This document shows positions 21,894-32,650 of a DNA stretch of 64,000 nt, in pieces. Source of the stretch: an uncultured Chloroflexia bacterium. GTDB lineage: Bacteria > Chloroflexota > Dehalococcoidia > DSTF01 > WHTK01. The stretch's first letter is position 1, and each line of letters begins with the position of its first letter. Below the pieces are notes generated by a model, which was given only the letters and a program-made list of their open reading frames with translations, made no database searches and was not told the DNA's origin. The translations under genes were made by a program, and so were the position numbers. Where the stretch lies: contig CAVYAY010000003.1 of assembly GCA_963766645.1 (NCBI GenBank), positions 554,926 through 618,925 on the forward strand, in the 5' to 3' direction.

Positions 21894-21961
21894 CGCCCCA
21901 CGAGATGAGCATGTGGACCAACATGCCGACGCCCCAGGGTCCCGGAGGGCGGCTACTTTAG
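21894..21961 (+). repeat. 68-bp direct repeat, copy 2
   Basis: CGCCCCACGAGATGAG...GGCTACTTTAG identical to 21029-21096. Confidence 0.95.
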
Positions 21962-21988
21962 GCAGCAATATTGCCGAGCGCGCCCTGA

Positions 21989-22336
21989 CTACCCGAGGGC
22001 GAACTCGGAAAGGTCCACTGAGAACTTGGAATTGTCCGTCAGAATGAGGCGGCCGATTGCCGTAGCCCGGTACTCCAGACCATCAAGATCGACGTCTCCT
22101 GGAATCAACATCATGATCTCGGTGCCAGCCGTTGCGGAAAATACACGAATTCGTTCTTCCGGCCTGCGCTCATACTTCCCCACGGCTCCAGCCACCCAGG
22201 CGTGGCCGGCGACGCGAATCAAGCCGCCCGAGGCTGCCAGGACTCGACCAATGAAATGACGCCGGAGGTCCTCATCGTAGAGACGCCGCGTAATGATCAG
22301 AATCTGGTCTCCGACCGAAAGGACTTCCTGTTGCAC
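21989..22336 (-). CDS. Hypothetical protein
   Basis: 115-aa ORF (GDQILIITRRLYDEDLRRHFIG) with protein-like composition. Confidence 0.65.
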   Translation of the reverse strand: MQQEVLSVGDQILIITRRLYDEDLRRHFIGRVLAASGGLIRVAGHAWVAGAVGKYERRPEERIRVFSATAGTEIMMLIPGDVDLDGLEYRATAIGRLILTDNSKFSVDLSEFALG

Positions 22337-22480
22337 GCCTCACACCCCCAGACGGTGTAAATCGACACCGAGCAAGTTTTCAAGTGACGCCCGCAAGCTA
22401 ATCCCCGCCTACCTGGGCGGTCAAGCGGCCCACTCATTGTCCATGGGAGCTCCGCAGTCCGTACGTCGTACCATGGGTGC

Positions 22481-24889
22481 GTGGCCCTCGAACATATCTC
22501 TACTTATCGGCTGCAATTGACGCCCGAATTCGGATTCGACTTTGCTGCGGCCATCGTCGGCTACCTGGCAGACCTCGGCGTTTCCCACGTCTACCTATCG
22601 CCGATCACTCAAGCAGCGCCGGGCAGCACGCACGGCTACGACGTCTGCGACCCCACCGCGCCGAGCGCAGACCTCGGCGGCCCTGACGCTTACGAACGCC
22701 TCTGCGACGCGATCGCCGCGGCGGGCATGGGCCAGATCGTCGACATCGTCCCCAACCACATGGCCCTCGCCGTCCCTCAGAATCGCTGGCTGGACGACGT
22801 GCTGCGCCACGGCCCCGATAGCCCCTACACCCGCTACTTCGACTTGTCCTGGAGCAAATCTTCTGATGGCACGCCTTATGTCGAGTTGCCCTTCCTCGCT
22901 GATGAATACGAAGCGACGCTGAAGAGCGGTGACATCCGTCTCGTCGCCGCGGATGACGGCTTGCGCGTGGCGTACGGGAACTTCGCCCTGCCGCTTCGCC
23001 CCGGCACTCAGCCCGCGAGCAAGGACGTCACGACCGGTGAGCTCGACGCGCTGCTGCAGCGCCAGCACTACCGGCTCGTCTACTGGCGAACGGCGGACGA
23101 CCACCTCTCCTACCGCCGCTTCTTCGACGTCACCACGCTGATCGGCTTCCGAGTCGAAGATGACGCCGCCTTCGACGACTCGCACAGCTTCCCCTTGGAC
23201 CTCCTACGCCGGGGTCGCATCGATGGCCTGCGCATCGACCACGTCGATGGCCTGCGCGACCCGGAGGGCTACCTTCATCGCCTTCGCGACCGCGCGCCGG
23301 AAGCGCGCATCGTCGTCGAGAAGATCCTGGCGCCTGATGAGGCATTGCCCGCATCATGGCCGGTCGATGGCACAACGGGTTACGACTTCCTCAACGTGCT
23401 CAACGGCCTCTTCGTCGATCCCGGAGGCGAGCAAGCGCTCACGTCGTTCTACGCCGAGTTCACCGGGCGCACCGAGACCTACGAGGCTGTACTAGACGAG
23501 TCGAAGCGCCGGGTGATGCAGCTTCTTTTCGGCGCCGAGATTTCCCAACTCAGCGGCGTGCTGCGAGACGCCACCGGCGATCGATGGACCCCGAACGACT
23601 GCGCAGCAGCGCTACGTGAAGTCCTGGCCGCGTTCCCCCGGTATCGCACCTATGTCCGACCCGGTGCAACCCTGTCTGGCCAGGACGTCCGCATCGTCGA
23701 GGACGCCACTGCCCGGGCGGCCGCAGCTCTTCGCCCCAACCTCCGACCGCTTATAGAAAACCTGCGCGACATCCTCATGCTTCGGAGCGGCGGGGAAGTG
23801 ACTACCGAGCTGGCGCTGCGCTTTCAGCAGGTGAGCGGTCCCGTCATGGCGAAAGGCGCCGAAGACACCGCTTTCTACAATTACAACCGGCTCATCTCCC
23901 TGAACGAGGTCGGCGGCGAGCCGTCGCACTTCGGTGTCTCCGTCGCCGAGTTCCACGCCTTCTGCGCCGAGACGGGACGTCGCTGGCCCCTCACTATGCT
24001 CGCCACTGGCACGCACGACACCAAACGCGGCGAGGACGGCCGGCTACGAATCAATGCGCTATCCCAGATACCGGACGAATGGGCTGCGGCCGTCAGGCGG
24101 TGGGCAGCGCTCAATAAGCCCCTGCGTAGCGACAGCCTGCCCGACCGCAACGCCGAGTACCTCTTCTATCAAGCTCTCATCGGCGCCTGGCCCCTGGACT
24201 CGGAACGCGCCTGGGCCTTCATGCGAAAAGCCGCCAGCGAGGCCAAAGTGCACACATCATGGCGCCAGCCGGACGCCGCCTACGAGACCGCGTTGCAGCG
24301 CTTTGTGGAAGGTGCGCTCGCCAACGTGCCCTTCGTCGCGGACCTTGAAGCCTTCCTGCGCCGCGTCGTCTCGCTGGCGACGCCCCCAACGCTGGCTCAA
24401 ACGCTGCTCAAGCTGACGGCGCCCGGCCTCCCCGACATCTACCAGGGCTGCGAGCTCTTCGACCTCAGCCTGGTCGACCCCGACAACCGTCGATCGGTCG
24501 ATTACACGCTGCGCCGCAGGATGCTTGATCAGGTCGAGCGTCTCGAGACCGCGGCAGACGTCCTGAGACTCAACGACCCGCGTCTGACGAAGCTCTGGCT
24601 CACGCACCGTGTGCTTCATACACGACGCCGGCACGTTGCGGCGTTTAAAGGTGACTATGAACCGCTGCACAGCGACGGTGACGATGCCCTCGTCGCCTTC
24701 ATCCGTGGCGGCTCTGTCATCAGCGTCGCGAGGACCCGTGGCGCCTCACTCGGTGCCACCCTGACGCTCCCGAACGGAACCTGGCGCAACGCCCTGACGA
24801 ACCAGACGTTAAGCGGCGGCAGGATGTCGTCAGAAGCTGTACTCGCAGAACTCAACGTCGCGATGCTGGTAAAGGAGCCGTCCTCGTGA
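22481..24889 (+). CDS. treY: Malto-oligosyltrehalose synthase
   Basis: STYRLQL, GSTHGYDV, DIVPNHM, YRRFFDV, GLRIDHVDGL, GTHDTKRGED, SLVDPDNRR. Confidence 0.96.
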   Translation: MALEHISTYRLQLTPEFGFDFAAAIVGYLADLGVSHVYLSPITQAAPGSTHGYDVCDPTAPSADLGGPDAYERLCDAIAAAGMGQIVDIVPNHMALAVPQNRWLDDVLRHGPDSPYTRYFDLSWSKSSDGTPYVELPFLADEYEATLKSGDIRLVAADDGLRVAYGNFALPLRPGTQPASKDVTTGELDALLQRQHYRLVYWRTADDHLSYRRFFDVTTLIGFRVEDDAAFDDSHSFPLDLLRRGRIDGLRIDHVDGLRDPEGYLHRLRDRAPEARIVVEKILAPDEALPASWPVDGTTGYDFLNVLNGLFVDPGGEQALTSFYAEFTGRTETYEAVLDESKRRVMQLLFGAEISQLSGVLRDATGDRWTPNDCAAALREVLAAFPRYRTYVRPGATLSGQDVRIVEDATARAAAALRPNLRPLIENLRDILMLRSGGEVTTELALRFQQVSGPVMAKGAEDTAFYNYNRLISLNEVGGEPSHFGVSVAEFHAFCAETGRRWPLTMLATGTHDTKRGEDGRLRINALSQIPDEWAAAVRRWAALNKPLRSDSLPDRNAEYLFYQALIGAWPLDSERAWAFMRKAASEAKVHTSWRQPDAAYETALQRFVEGALANVPFVADLEAFLRRVVSLATPPTLAQTLLKLTAPGLPDIYQGCELFDLSLVDPDNRRSVDYTLRRRMLDQVERLETAADVLRLNDPRLTKLWLTHRVLHTRRRHVAAFKGDYEPLHSDGDDALVAFIRGGSVISVARTRGASLGATLTLPNGTWRNALTNQTLSGGRMSSEAVLAELNVAMLVKEPSS

Positions 24890-26628
24890 CCACGTTCCGA
24901 GTCTGGGCGCCCTTCGCGCGGCGCGAGGTCAGCCTGCAACTTGGCAACGAGACGCTGCTGATGGCGCAGGACGAGCGTGGCTGGTGGCAGCTCCACGTGC
25001 CTCAAGCCGGCCACGGCGCCGACTACGGCTACCTCATCGACGGCGAAGGGCCGTTCCCCGACCCGCGATCCGCCTCGCAACCCAACGGTATCGACGGCCT
25101 GTCTCGCGTCGTCGACCATGACACGTTCGCGTGGCAGCAAGACACCTGGGACCCCACCCCGCTGAGAGAGGCTGTGCTCTACGAGCTGCATCTGGGCACG
25201 TTCACGCCGGCAGGGACGTTTGAATCCGCGATTGAGAAGCTGGATTACCTCACCGACCTCGGTGTGACGCACGTCGAGCTGATGCCCGTCGCCGAGTTCT
25301 CCGGCGACCGCGGTTGGGGCTACGACGGCGTCGACCTCTACGCGCCGCACCACGCCTACGGCGGTCCGGACGGTCTCAAGCGTCTCGTCGACGCCTGCCA
25401 CGCGCGCGGCCTCGGCGTGGTCATGGACGTCGTCTACAACCACCTCGGTCCGGCTGGCAACGACCTCGGCCGCTTCGGCCCCTACTTCACCGACAAGTAC
25501 TCGACGCCCTGGGGTCAGGCCGTCAACTTCGATGACGCTGGCAGCGATGAGCCCCGGCGCTTCTTCGTCGATAACGCCCTGATGTGGTTGCGCGACTACC
25601 GCATCGACGGCCTGCGCCTCGACGCCGTCCATGCCATCCTCGACACGTCCGCCGTTCACTTCCTCGAGCAGTTGGCAGCCGGGGTGCATGCGCTTTCGCG
25701 CCAAACGGGTCGCCACTTCGACGTCATCGCCGAAAGCTCGCTTAACGACCCGCGCCTCGTCTGGCCGGTGGAACGCGGCGGCTACGCGCTCGAGGGCACG
25801 TGGAGCGATGACTTCCACCACGCGCTGCATTGCTTGTTGACCAACGAAGGCGCCGGCTACTACGCCGACTTCGGCACCGTTGCCGACCTCGCGAAAGCAC
25901 TGCGCGACGTCTACGTCTACGACGGCCGTTTCTCGCCGTACCGCGGCCGCCGCCATGGACGCCCGAGTGTAGACGTCACGGCCGATAACTTCGTCACCTT
26001 CTCGCAGAACCACGACCAGGTCGGCAACCGCGCCCTGGGCGAGCGCCTTTCCCACCTCGTCGGAAGCGCCGGAGCCAGGGTCGCTGCCATGATCACGCTG
26101 ACCGCGCCCACCGTTCCGCTCATCTTCATGGGCGAGGAGTGGGACGCGAGCGCTCCCTTCCAGTACTTCAGCGACCACAGGGACGCGGAACTCGGTGCGG
26201 CGGTGACGCGTGGCCGGACCCACGAGTTCGAGTCGTTTGGATGGTCGGCCCGGGACGTCCCCGACCCGCAGGCGCGCGAGACGTTCGAGCGCTCTCGCCT
26301 CGACTGGGACGAGATGCAGCAGGAGCCTCACGCCTCGCTGCTCGATTTCTACCGCCGTCTCATCGCGATGCGCAAGGCGACACCAGATCTGACCGACCCT
26401 GACCTCTCGCACGTCGAGGTCGCAGTCGACGAAGCAGCGCGTTGGCTGACGATGCGGCGCAGTTCGGTCACGCTCGCGGTCAACTTCGCCGGTGAGGCTC
26501 AAACCGTGCCGTTGTCCGAGGGCGAGCGTAGTCTGATCCTTGCAACGGAGGACTCTGCTAGATTAGACGCGGCCGGCGCCCACCTTCCCCCAGTGAGCGC
26601 CGCCTTGTTCCGTAGCACGCCGGCCTAG
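24886..26628 (+). CDS. treZ: Malto-oligosyltrehalose trehalohydrolase
   Basis: FRVWAP, YELHLGTFT, WGYDGV, DVVYNHLGP, GLRLDAVHA, QNHDQVGNR, FMGEEW. Confidence 0.96.
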   Translation: MTTFRVWAPFARREVSLQLGNETLLMAQDERGWWQLHVPQAGHGADYGYLIDGEGPFPDPRSASQPNGIDGLSRVVDHDTFAWQQDTWDPTPLREAVLYELHLGTFTPAGTFESAIEKLDYLTDLGVTHVELMPVAEFSGDRGWGYDGVDLYAPHHAYGGPDGLKRLVDACHARGLGVVMDVVYNHLGPAGNDLGRFGPYFTDKYSTPWGQAVNFDDAGSDEPRRFFVDNALMWLRDYRIDGLRLDAVHAILDTSAVHFLEQLAAGVHALSRQTGRHFDVIAESSLNDPRLVWPVERGGYALEGTWSDDFHHALHCLLTNEGAGYYADFGTVADLAKALRDVYVYDGRFSPYRGRRHGRPSVDVTADNFVTFSQNHDQVGNRALGERLSHLVGSAGARVAAMITLTAPTVPLIFMGEEWDASAPFQYFSDHRDAELGAAVTRGRTHEFESFGWSARDVPDPQARETFERSRLDWDEMQQEPHASLLDFYRRLIAMRKATPDLTDPDLSHVEVAVDEAARWLTMRRSSVTLAVNFAGEAQTVPLSEGERSLILATEDSARLDAAGAHLPPVSAALFRSTPA

Positions 26629-26661
26629 CCGGCCCTTCCTCACCCTGAAGGGACGCACTGG

Positions 26662-27811
26662 ATGAACCAGTACTCAAAGACCGTGGCCATCGTTGGCGCC
26701 GCCGAATCGGACGAAATCGGCAACGTGCCCAACAAGTCGCCGTTGCAGCACCACGCCGAAGCTGCCCACAACGCCCTCGCCGATGCAGGTCTTTCGATAA
26801 AGGACGTCGACGGACTGTTCACCGCCGGCTACTCAACGCTGGCACTCGGCGAATACATCGGCATGCGGCCGAAGTACACGGACAGCACGGCAGTCGGCGG
26901 CTCCTCCTTTGTCATTCACCTCGCGCACGCCGTCGCCGCGATCAACGCCGGCTACTGCAATGTGGCGCTGGTCACGCACGGCGAGGCCGGACGCAACGGC
27001 CGCGAACGCAGCGCCGCCGGCCTCGGTGGCGCCGGACTCCCCGGACCGCAGTTCGAGACGCCGTACGGCATCATCGGGCCCCCTGTCAGCTACGCGATGG
27101 CCTGCTCCAACTACATGAGCCACTACGGCGAAGACCGCACCCGCCAGGCGCTGGCCGAGATCGCCGTCTCGACCCGCAAGTGGGCGCTCATGAACCCCAA
27201 GGCTTACATGAAGGAGCCGATGATCCTTCGACGACTACCACAGCTCGCGCTGGATCGCCTGGCCCTTCCACCTCCTCGACTGCTGCCTCGTCACCGACGC
27301 CGGCGGCGCCGTCGTCCTGACGCGCGCCGACCGCGCCCGCGACCTGCCGAAGAAGCCCGTCTACGTCCTCGGTGCCGCCGAGCACCACGACCATTCGATG
27401 ATCAGCCAGATGCCCGACCTCACCGTGACGCCTGCCCACAGCAGCGGCCCGCGAGCCCTCGAGATGGCCGGCGTCAAGCTCAGCGACATCGACCTGACGA
27501 TGATCTACGACTCGTTCACGTACACCGTGCTGATCACGCTGGAGAGCCTCGGCTACTGCGGCCCGGGCGAAGGCCCCGATTTCGTCGCCAACCAGCGCAC
27601 GGCCCCTGGCGGCGACTTCGCGCTGAACACCAGCGGCGGCGGCCTCTCCTACACGCACCCCGGCATGTACGGCATGTTCCTCACCATCGAGGCGGTGCGG
27701 CAGCTGCGCGGCGAGTGCGGCGAGCGCAACGTCAACCCGAAGATCGCGCTTGTGAACGGCACCGGCGGCGTGCTCTCGTCGACCGGCACAGCCATACTCG
27801 CGGTGGACTAG
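26662..27811 (+). CDS. Thiolase-like protein (SCP2-thiolase/Ltp2 type), frameshift near 27227
   Basis: VAIVGAAES, DCCLVTDAGGA, IYDSFT, NTSGGGLSYTHPGMYG; TAVGGSS replaces the catalytic Cys motif. Confidence 0.88.
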
Positions 27812-27823
27812 AAGGACGGAACG

Positions 27824-28247
27824 ATGACAACAAACACCTACAACCGTCCGCTGCCGGTCTCGCAGCCGGAATGGGACTTCTACTGGGAGAAGGCAAAGCC
27901 GCACGAGCTCTGGATCATGCGCTGCGACGACTGCAACAGGCCTACTTCTACCCGCGCGCCATCTGCCCCAAGTGCTTCTCGCGCAACACGCGCTGGTCGC
28001 AGTCGTCCGGCAAGGGCACCGTCCATGGCTTCTGCGATCGTGCACCGCGGCCCGACGCCCGCCTTCGCCGACAACGTGCCGTACGTCGCTTGTATCGTCG
28101 AGCTCGAGGACGGTGCGCGCTTCCCGAGCAACATCGTCGAGATTGAACCTGACACCCGAAAACATCAAAGTCGGCATGACCGTCGAGGTCGTCTTCGACG
28201 ACGTGACTGAGGAGGTGACGCTGCCCAAGTTCAGGCCGGCCTCCTGA
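27824..28247 (+). CDS. Zn-ribbon/OB-fold DUF35 protein, frameshifted
   Basis: RCDDC..YPRAICPKC, PYVACIVELEDG, VGMTVEVVF, LPKFRP. Confidence 0.88.
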
Positions 28248-28249
28248 CC

Positions 28250-29021
28250 ATGCAGACACGAAGCAAAGTCGTAGCTAGCTTCCAGGAAGCCGTCGCGGAC
28301 ATCCCGGACGGCTCCAGCATCCTGATCGGCGGATTCGGGCCCGGCACGCCGCACAACCTGATCAAGGCGCTATACGAGCAAGGCGCCGAAGGACCTCACG
28401 CTTATCCTCAACTCGGCAGGCGCGGGTAGCGGCGGCAGCGGCACGGGCAGCGTCTCGATAAACGACCTGCTGGAGAGCCCGGCGTGGCGCGAAAGGTCGT
28501 GATGGCGTTCACCGCCTCGACGCACCCCTCCCGCACAGTCGGTGCTCGAGGAACTTGCAGGAAGCCGGCGAGATCGAGGCTGAGCTCGTCCCCCAGGGCA
28601 CACTGGCGGAGCGTATCCGCGCCGGCGGCGCCGGCATCCCAGCCTTCTACACGCCCACAGCCGTCGGCACAGAGCTGGCGGAGGGCAAGGAGCACCGCGA
28701 ATTCAACGGCCGCACCTATCTGCTGGAAGAAGCGATCACGGCGGACTACGCCTTCGTCCGAGCCTGGCACGCCGACGAGTTCGGCAACCTCTACTACAAG
28801 GGGTCCGAGCGCAACTTCAACCCGATCATGGCGACTGCCGCGCGAACGCACGATCGTTGAGACGGAAGAGATCTTGCCCATCGGCGTCTTTCGAACCCGA
28901 GCAGGTGCACACTTCCGGCATCTACGTGCAACGCCTGGTCAAGATCCCTCCCGACGGCATCATCCACGTCTCCATGCCGTTCGCGCACGGCCGACGCCTG
29001 CAGAAGCCGGGAGGGAACTAG
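28250..29021 (+). CDS. 3-oxoacid CoA-transferase subunit A, frameshifted
   Basis: [52 protein letters not shown]. Confidence 0.88.
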
Positions 29022-29696
29022 TGGCTGAGAAGCTGCGCCTTACTCGCGACATGATGGCGGCCCGAATCACGGCTGAGTTCCAGGATGGCTGGATCGCCAA
29101 CCTCGGCGTCGGCATGCCGACGATGTGCTCCGACTTCCTGCCCGCCGAAAAGTTCATCGTCCTGCATTCCGAGAACGGCCTGATCGGCTACGGCCGCGGC
29201 CGCCCCGGTGGAAGAGGCGGGACCCTACGTAGTCAACGCCGGCGTCCTCCCGGTCCTCCTGCAGGACTACGCCGCCATCCTGCACCACGCCGACGCCTTC
29301 GGGGTGATCCGCGGCGGCCGCCTCGACGTTGGCGTACTTGGCGCCTACGAAGTCGCGGCAAACGGCGACTTTGCGAACTGGAAGACAGCGGTCGGCAAGC
29401 CAGGCGGCGGTATCGGCGGCGCGATGGACATCGCCGCGTGCGCTCAGCGCATCTTCATCATGATGGAGCACACGTTACGCGACGGCAGACCCCGGTTGCT
29501 CCAGCATTGCAACCTGCCGGTGACGGCGCGCGGCGTCGTCAAGCTCGTCATGACCGACCTCGGCCTCTTCGAGCCAACCGGCGACGGTTACCGCATCCTC
29601 GAAATCGCCCCCGGCTTCAGCGTCGAAGAGGTCGCGGCGCTGACCGACGCCCCGATCGAGGCGTCGCCCAATCTCCGCGAGATTCAACTCGGCTAG
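29021..29696 (+). CDS. 3-oxoacid CoA-transferase subunit B, frameshift near 29200
   Basis: ANLGVGMPT, LHSENG (catalytic Glu), IRGGRLD, GGAMD, TDLG. Confidence 0.9.
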
Positions 29697-29702
29697 GTCA
29701 CC

Positions 29703-31166
29703 ATGACCGCGCACGCGGACGACCGTCTGATTCTTGTGACCGGAGCCACCGGCTACATCGGCGGACGCCTGCTCGCAGCGCTGGAGGCGCGCGGCCTCCG
29801 CGTACGCTGCGTCGCCCGCAACCCCGCCTTCCTCGCGGGGCGCGCCGGGGAGCGCACCGAAGTCATTACCGGCGACCTCATGGACCTCGAGTCCCTGGAG
29901 GCCGCCCTCGAAGGTGTGGACGTCGCGTTCTACCTGGTCCATTCCATGGCCGCCGACACCAGCTTCCAGCAAGCAGACCGCCTGGCCGCCGAGAACTTCG
30001 CCGCGGCCGCTCGCAAAGCCGGCGTCAGCCGGATCGTCTACCTCGGAGGGCTTGGTCGCGGCGAAGACCTCTCGCCACACCTGGCCAGCCGCCATGAAGT
30101 CGGTGACGTACTGCGCGGCTCCGGCGTCCCGGTCGTCGAGCTGCGCGCGTCCATCGTCATCGGCTCCGGCAGCCTCTCCTTCGAGATGATCCGTGCCCTC
30201 GTCGACCGCCTGCCAGTGATGATCACGCCGCGCTGGGTCGGCGTCCGCGCCCAGCCAATCGGCATCGAGGACGTCATCAGCTATCTCGTTGAGGCGATCG
30301 ACGTAGAGGCGGTGGAGGGGCGCATCTTCGAGATCGGCGGCCCGGATAAGGCGTCCTACGGCGAGATCATGCTGGAGTATGCCCGCCAGCGGGGCCTGCG
30401 CCGCCTCATGATCCCGGTGCCTGTGCTGACGCCACGCCTTTCCAGCCTCTGGCTCGGGCTCATCACGCCGGTTTACGCCCGCGTCGGCCGTAAACTCGTG
30501 GACAGCATGCGAAACGAGACGACGATCAGCGACACGTCCGCGCTCGAAGCGTTCAGCGTCCGGCCCCGGAACCTGCGGCAAGCCATCCAGCGTGCCCTGG
30601 TCAACGAGGACGAGGAGTTCGCCCGTACGCGCTGGTGCGACGCCCTGTCATCTAAAGGCGACACCAGCGACTTCGGCGGCAAGCGCTTCGGCACTCGCCT
30701 CGTCGATTCACGCGTCGTCCAAGTGGACGCGGCTCCTGAAGCGACCTTCTCCGTCGTCGAAGCCATCGGTGGCGATACAGGGTGGTACCGCTACGACCTG
30801 CTCTGGCGACTGCGCGGGCTCATGGACCTCATGGTTGGCGGTCCGGGCATGCGCCGCGGTCGGCGTGATCCTCAGCACGTCAGGATCGGTGAGACTCTGG
30901 ACTTCTGGCGCGTCGAGGCGGTAGAGCCGGCGCGTCTGCTGCGTCTCTCGGCTGAAATGAAGCTGCCGGGCCGCGCCTGGCTCCAGTTCGAGGTCGAACC
31001 TCGCGAAAACGGCGCCACCTTGCGTCAGACCGCAATCTTCGATCCAGTTGGTCTGGCCGGCCTGCTGTACTGGTACGCCCTCTACCCCGTTCACAATCTC
31101 GTATTCAGGGACATGATCAAAGCGCTTGCTGATGTCGCCTCCAGGCGGGCGGTGCACACAGACTAA
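29703..31166 (+). CDS. SDR/NAD(P)-binding protein with C-terminal DUF2867
   Basis: LVTGATGYIGG, YLVHSM, IGSGSLSFEM, LDFWRVE, AEMKLPGRAWL. Confidence 0.9.
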   Translation: MTAHADDRLILVTGATGYIGGRLLAALEARGLRVRCVARNPAFLAGRAGERTEVITGDLMDLESLEAALEGVDVAFYLVHSMAADTSFQQADRLAAENFAAAARKAGVSRIVYLGGLGRGEDLSPHLASRHEVGDVLRGSGVPVVELRASIVIGSGSLSFEMIRALVDRLPVMITPRWVGVRAQPIGIEDVISYLVEAIDVEAVEGRIFEIGGPDKASYGEIMLEYARQRGLRRLMIPVPVLTPRLSSLWLGLITPVYARVGRKLVDSMRNETTISDTSALEAFSVRPRNLRQAIQRALVNEDEEFARTRWCDALSSKGDTSDFGGKRFGTRLVDSRVVQVDAAPEATFSVVEAIGGDTGWYRYDLLWRLRGLMDLMVGGPGMRRGRRDPQHVRIGETLDFWRVEAVEPARLLRLSAEMKLPGRAWLQFEVEPRENGATLRQTAIFDPVGLAGLLYWYALYPVHNLVFRDMIKALADVASRRAVHTD

Positions 31167-31217
31167 CCAGATGCTAAGGTGGCTGCGCTAGACAGAAATC
31201 ACGAGGGAGAAATCAAG

Positions 31218-32588
31218 ATGGCAATGGCTATCGCCAGCGACAATGTGGAGGAGTTCCGCAAGGGCATCCGCGGGCCCGTGATCCTGCCGGGCGACCACGA
31301 TTACGACGAGGTTCGCCAGGTCTGGAACGGCATGATCGACCGCAAACCGCCGATGATCGTCCGCTGCACCGGCAATGCCGACGTCATCCACGCCGTGGCT
31401 TTCGCGCGTGACAACGGCCTCCCCGTTTCGGTGCGCGGCGGCGGCCACAGCGCTGCCGGCAGCGCCGTCCACGACGACGCCCTGATGATCGACCTGTCTC
31501 TCATGAATGGCGTCCACGTCGACCCTAAGAACCGAACCGCGCGCGCCCAGGGCGGCGCCAAGTGGGGCGACTTCGACCGCGAAACGCAGGTCTTCGGCCT
31601 CGCTTCCACCGGCGGTGTCGTCTCCACCACCGGCGTCGGCGGTCTGACCCTGGGTGGCGGCATCGGCTGGCTCATGGGTAAGTACGGCCTCTCCGTCGAC
31701 AACTTGATCTCGGCCGACGTTGTCCTCGCCAGCGGTGAAATCGTCACTGCCAGCGAGAAGGAGAACCCGGATCTGTATTGGGCACTCCGCGGCGGCAGCG
31801 GCAACTTCGGCATCGTCACCAGCTTCGAGTTCCGCCTCCACCCGGTCGGCCCGCTGGTCACCGGCGGCCTGGCCGCCTGGCCGCTCAGCATGGCACGCGA
31901 GTGCCTCGACTTCTACGCCGAATTCACGAGCAAGGCGTCGGATGAGATGGGCTCCTTCCTGGGCTTCACCGGCGCACCTGATGGCAGCGGCAACCTGATC
32001 GTCGTCTTCATCGGCTGCCACACTGGCACCCCGGAAGCGGCGGCTGCGGAGCTCAAGGCGGTCAAAGAGTTCGGCCCGCCGATCCTCGACCTTCTCGGCC
32101 CGATCCCCTACACCGCGATGCAGTCGATGCTGGACAACCCGGCGCGGGCACAGGTCTACTGGAAATCGACCTTCCTCAAGGAATTCACGCCGGAAACGCG
32201 CGATGCTATCGCGCAATCGGCACGCAACCTCCCGACGCCGCTATCAATGCTGCTTCTGGAGCACTTCCACGGTGCGATGAGCAAGGTGCCTGTCGATGCA
32301 ACCGCCTTCAGCGACCGCACCGCGGCCTTTAACGTCGCCATCGTCGGTACAACACTCGATCCAGCCGAGAACGACCAGTGCAGAACCTGGGCGCGTCAGG
32401 TCACCGAGGACCTCAAGCCGTTCAGCACCGGTGGAGTCTACGTCAACTACCTCGGCGTCGGGGACGATGAGTCGCGTGTTCCCGAAGCCTTCGGCGGCAA
32501 CTACCAGCGTCTCCAGGAGCTCAAGCAGAAGTACGACCCGGAGAACCTGTTCCGTGCCAACCAGAACATCAAGCCGGCAGGCAGCTAG
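31218..32588 (+). CDS. FAD-binding oxidoreductase (BBE-like)
   Basis: RGGGHS covalent-FAD motif, GLTLGGGIG, WALRGGSGNFG, YVNY, KYDPENLF. Confidence 0.92.
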   Translation: MAMAIASDNVEEFRKGIRGPVILPGDHDYDEVRQVWNGMIDRKPPMIVRCTGNADVIHAVAFARDNGLPVSVRGGGHSAAGSAVHDDALMIDLSLMNGVHVDPKNRTARAQGGAKWGDFDRETQVFGLASTGGVVSTTGVGGLTLGGGIGWLMGKYGLSVDNLISADVVLASGEIVTASEKENPDLYWALRGGSGNFGIVTSFEFRLHPVGPLVTGGLAAWPLSMARECLDFYAEFTSKASDEMGSFLGFTGAPDGSGNLIVVFIGCHTGTPEAAAAELKAVKEFGPPILDLLGPIPYTAMQSMLDNPARAQVYWKSTFLKEFTPETRDAIAQSARNLPTPLSMLLLEHFHGAMSKVPVDATAFSDRTAAFNVAIVGTTLDPAENDQCRTWARQVTEDLKPFSTGGVYVNYLGVGDDESRVPEAFGGNYQRLQELKQKYDPENLFRANQNIKPAGS

Positions 32589-32593
32589 GCACG

Positions 32594-32621
32594 TTGACAA
32601 GCCGGCAGGCAGCGATATTAT
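32594..32621 (+). promoter_or_regulatory. Sigma70-type promoter for the VOC gene
   Basis: TTGACA-N16-TATTAT. Confidence 0.45.
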
Positions 32622-32650
32622 CGATCCGCTAGTAGCGGAGGTAACAAGAC

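Noticed and set aside
21857-21963. Integron attC site after the cargo gene (GCGTAAC...TTTAGGC)
   Set aside because: No GTT core, no extended palindrome and no integrase; the region is explained by the direct repeat
24655-26502. 615-aa minus-strand ORF and many similar long antisense ORFs
   Set aside because: Shadow frames of high-GC genes (here treZ) with no motifs
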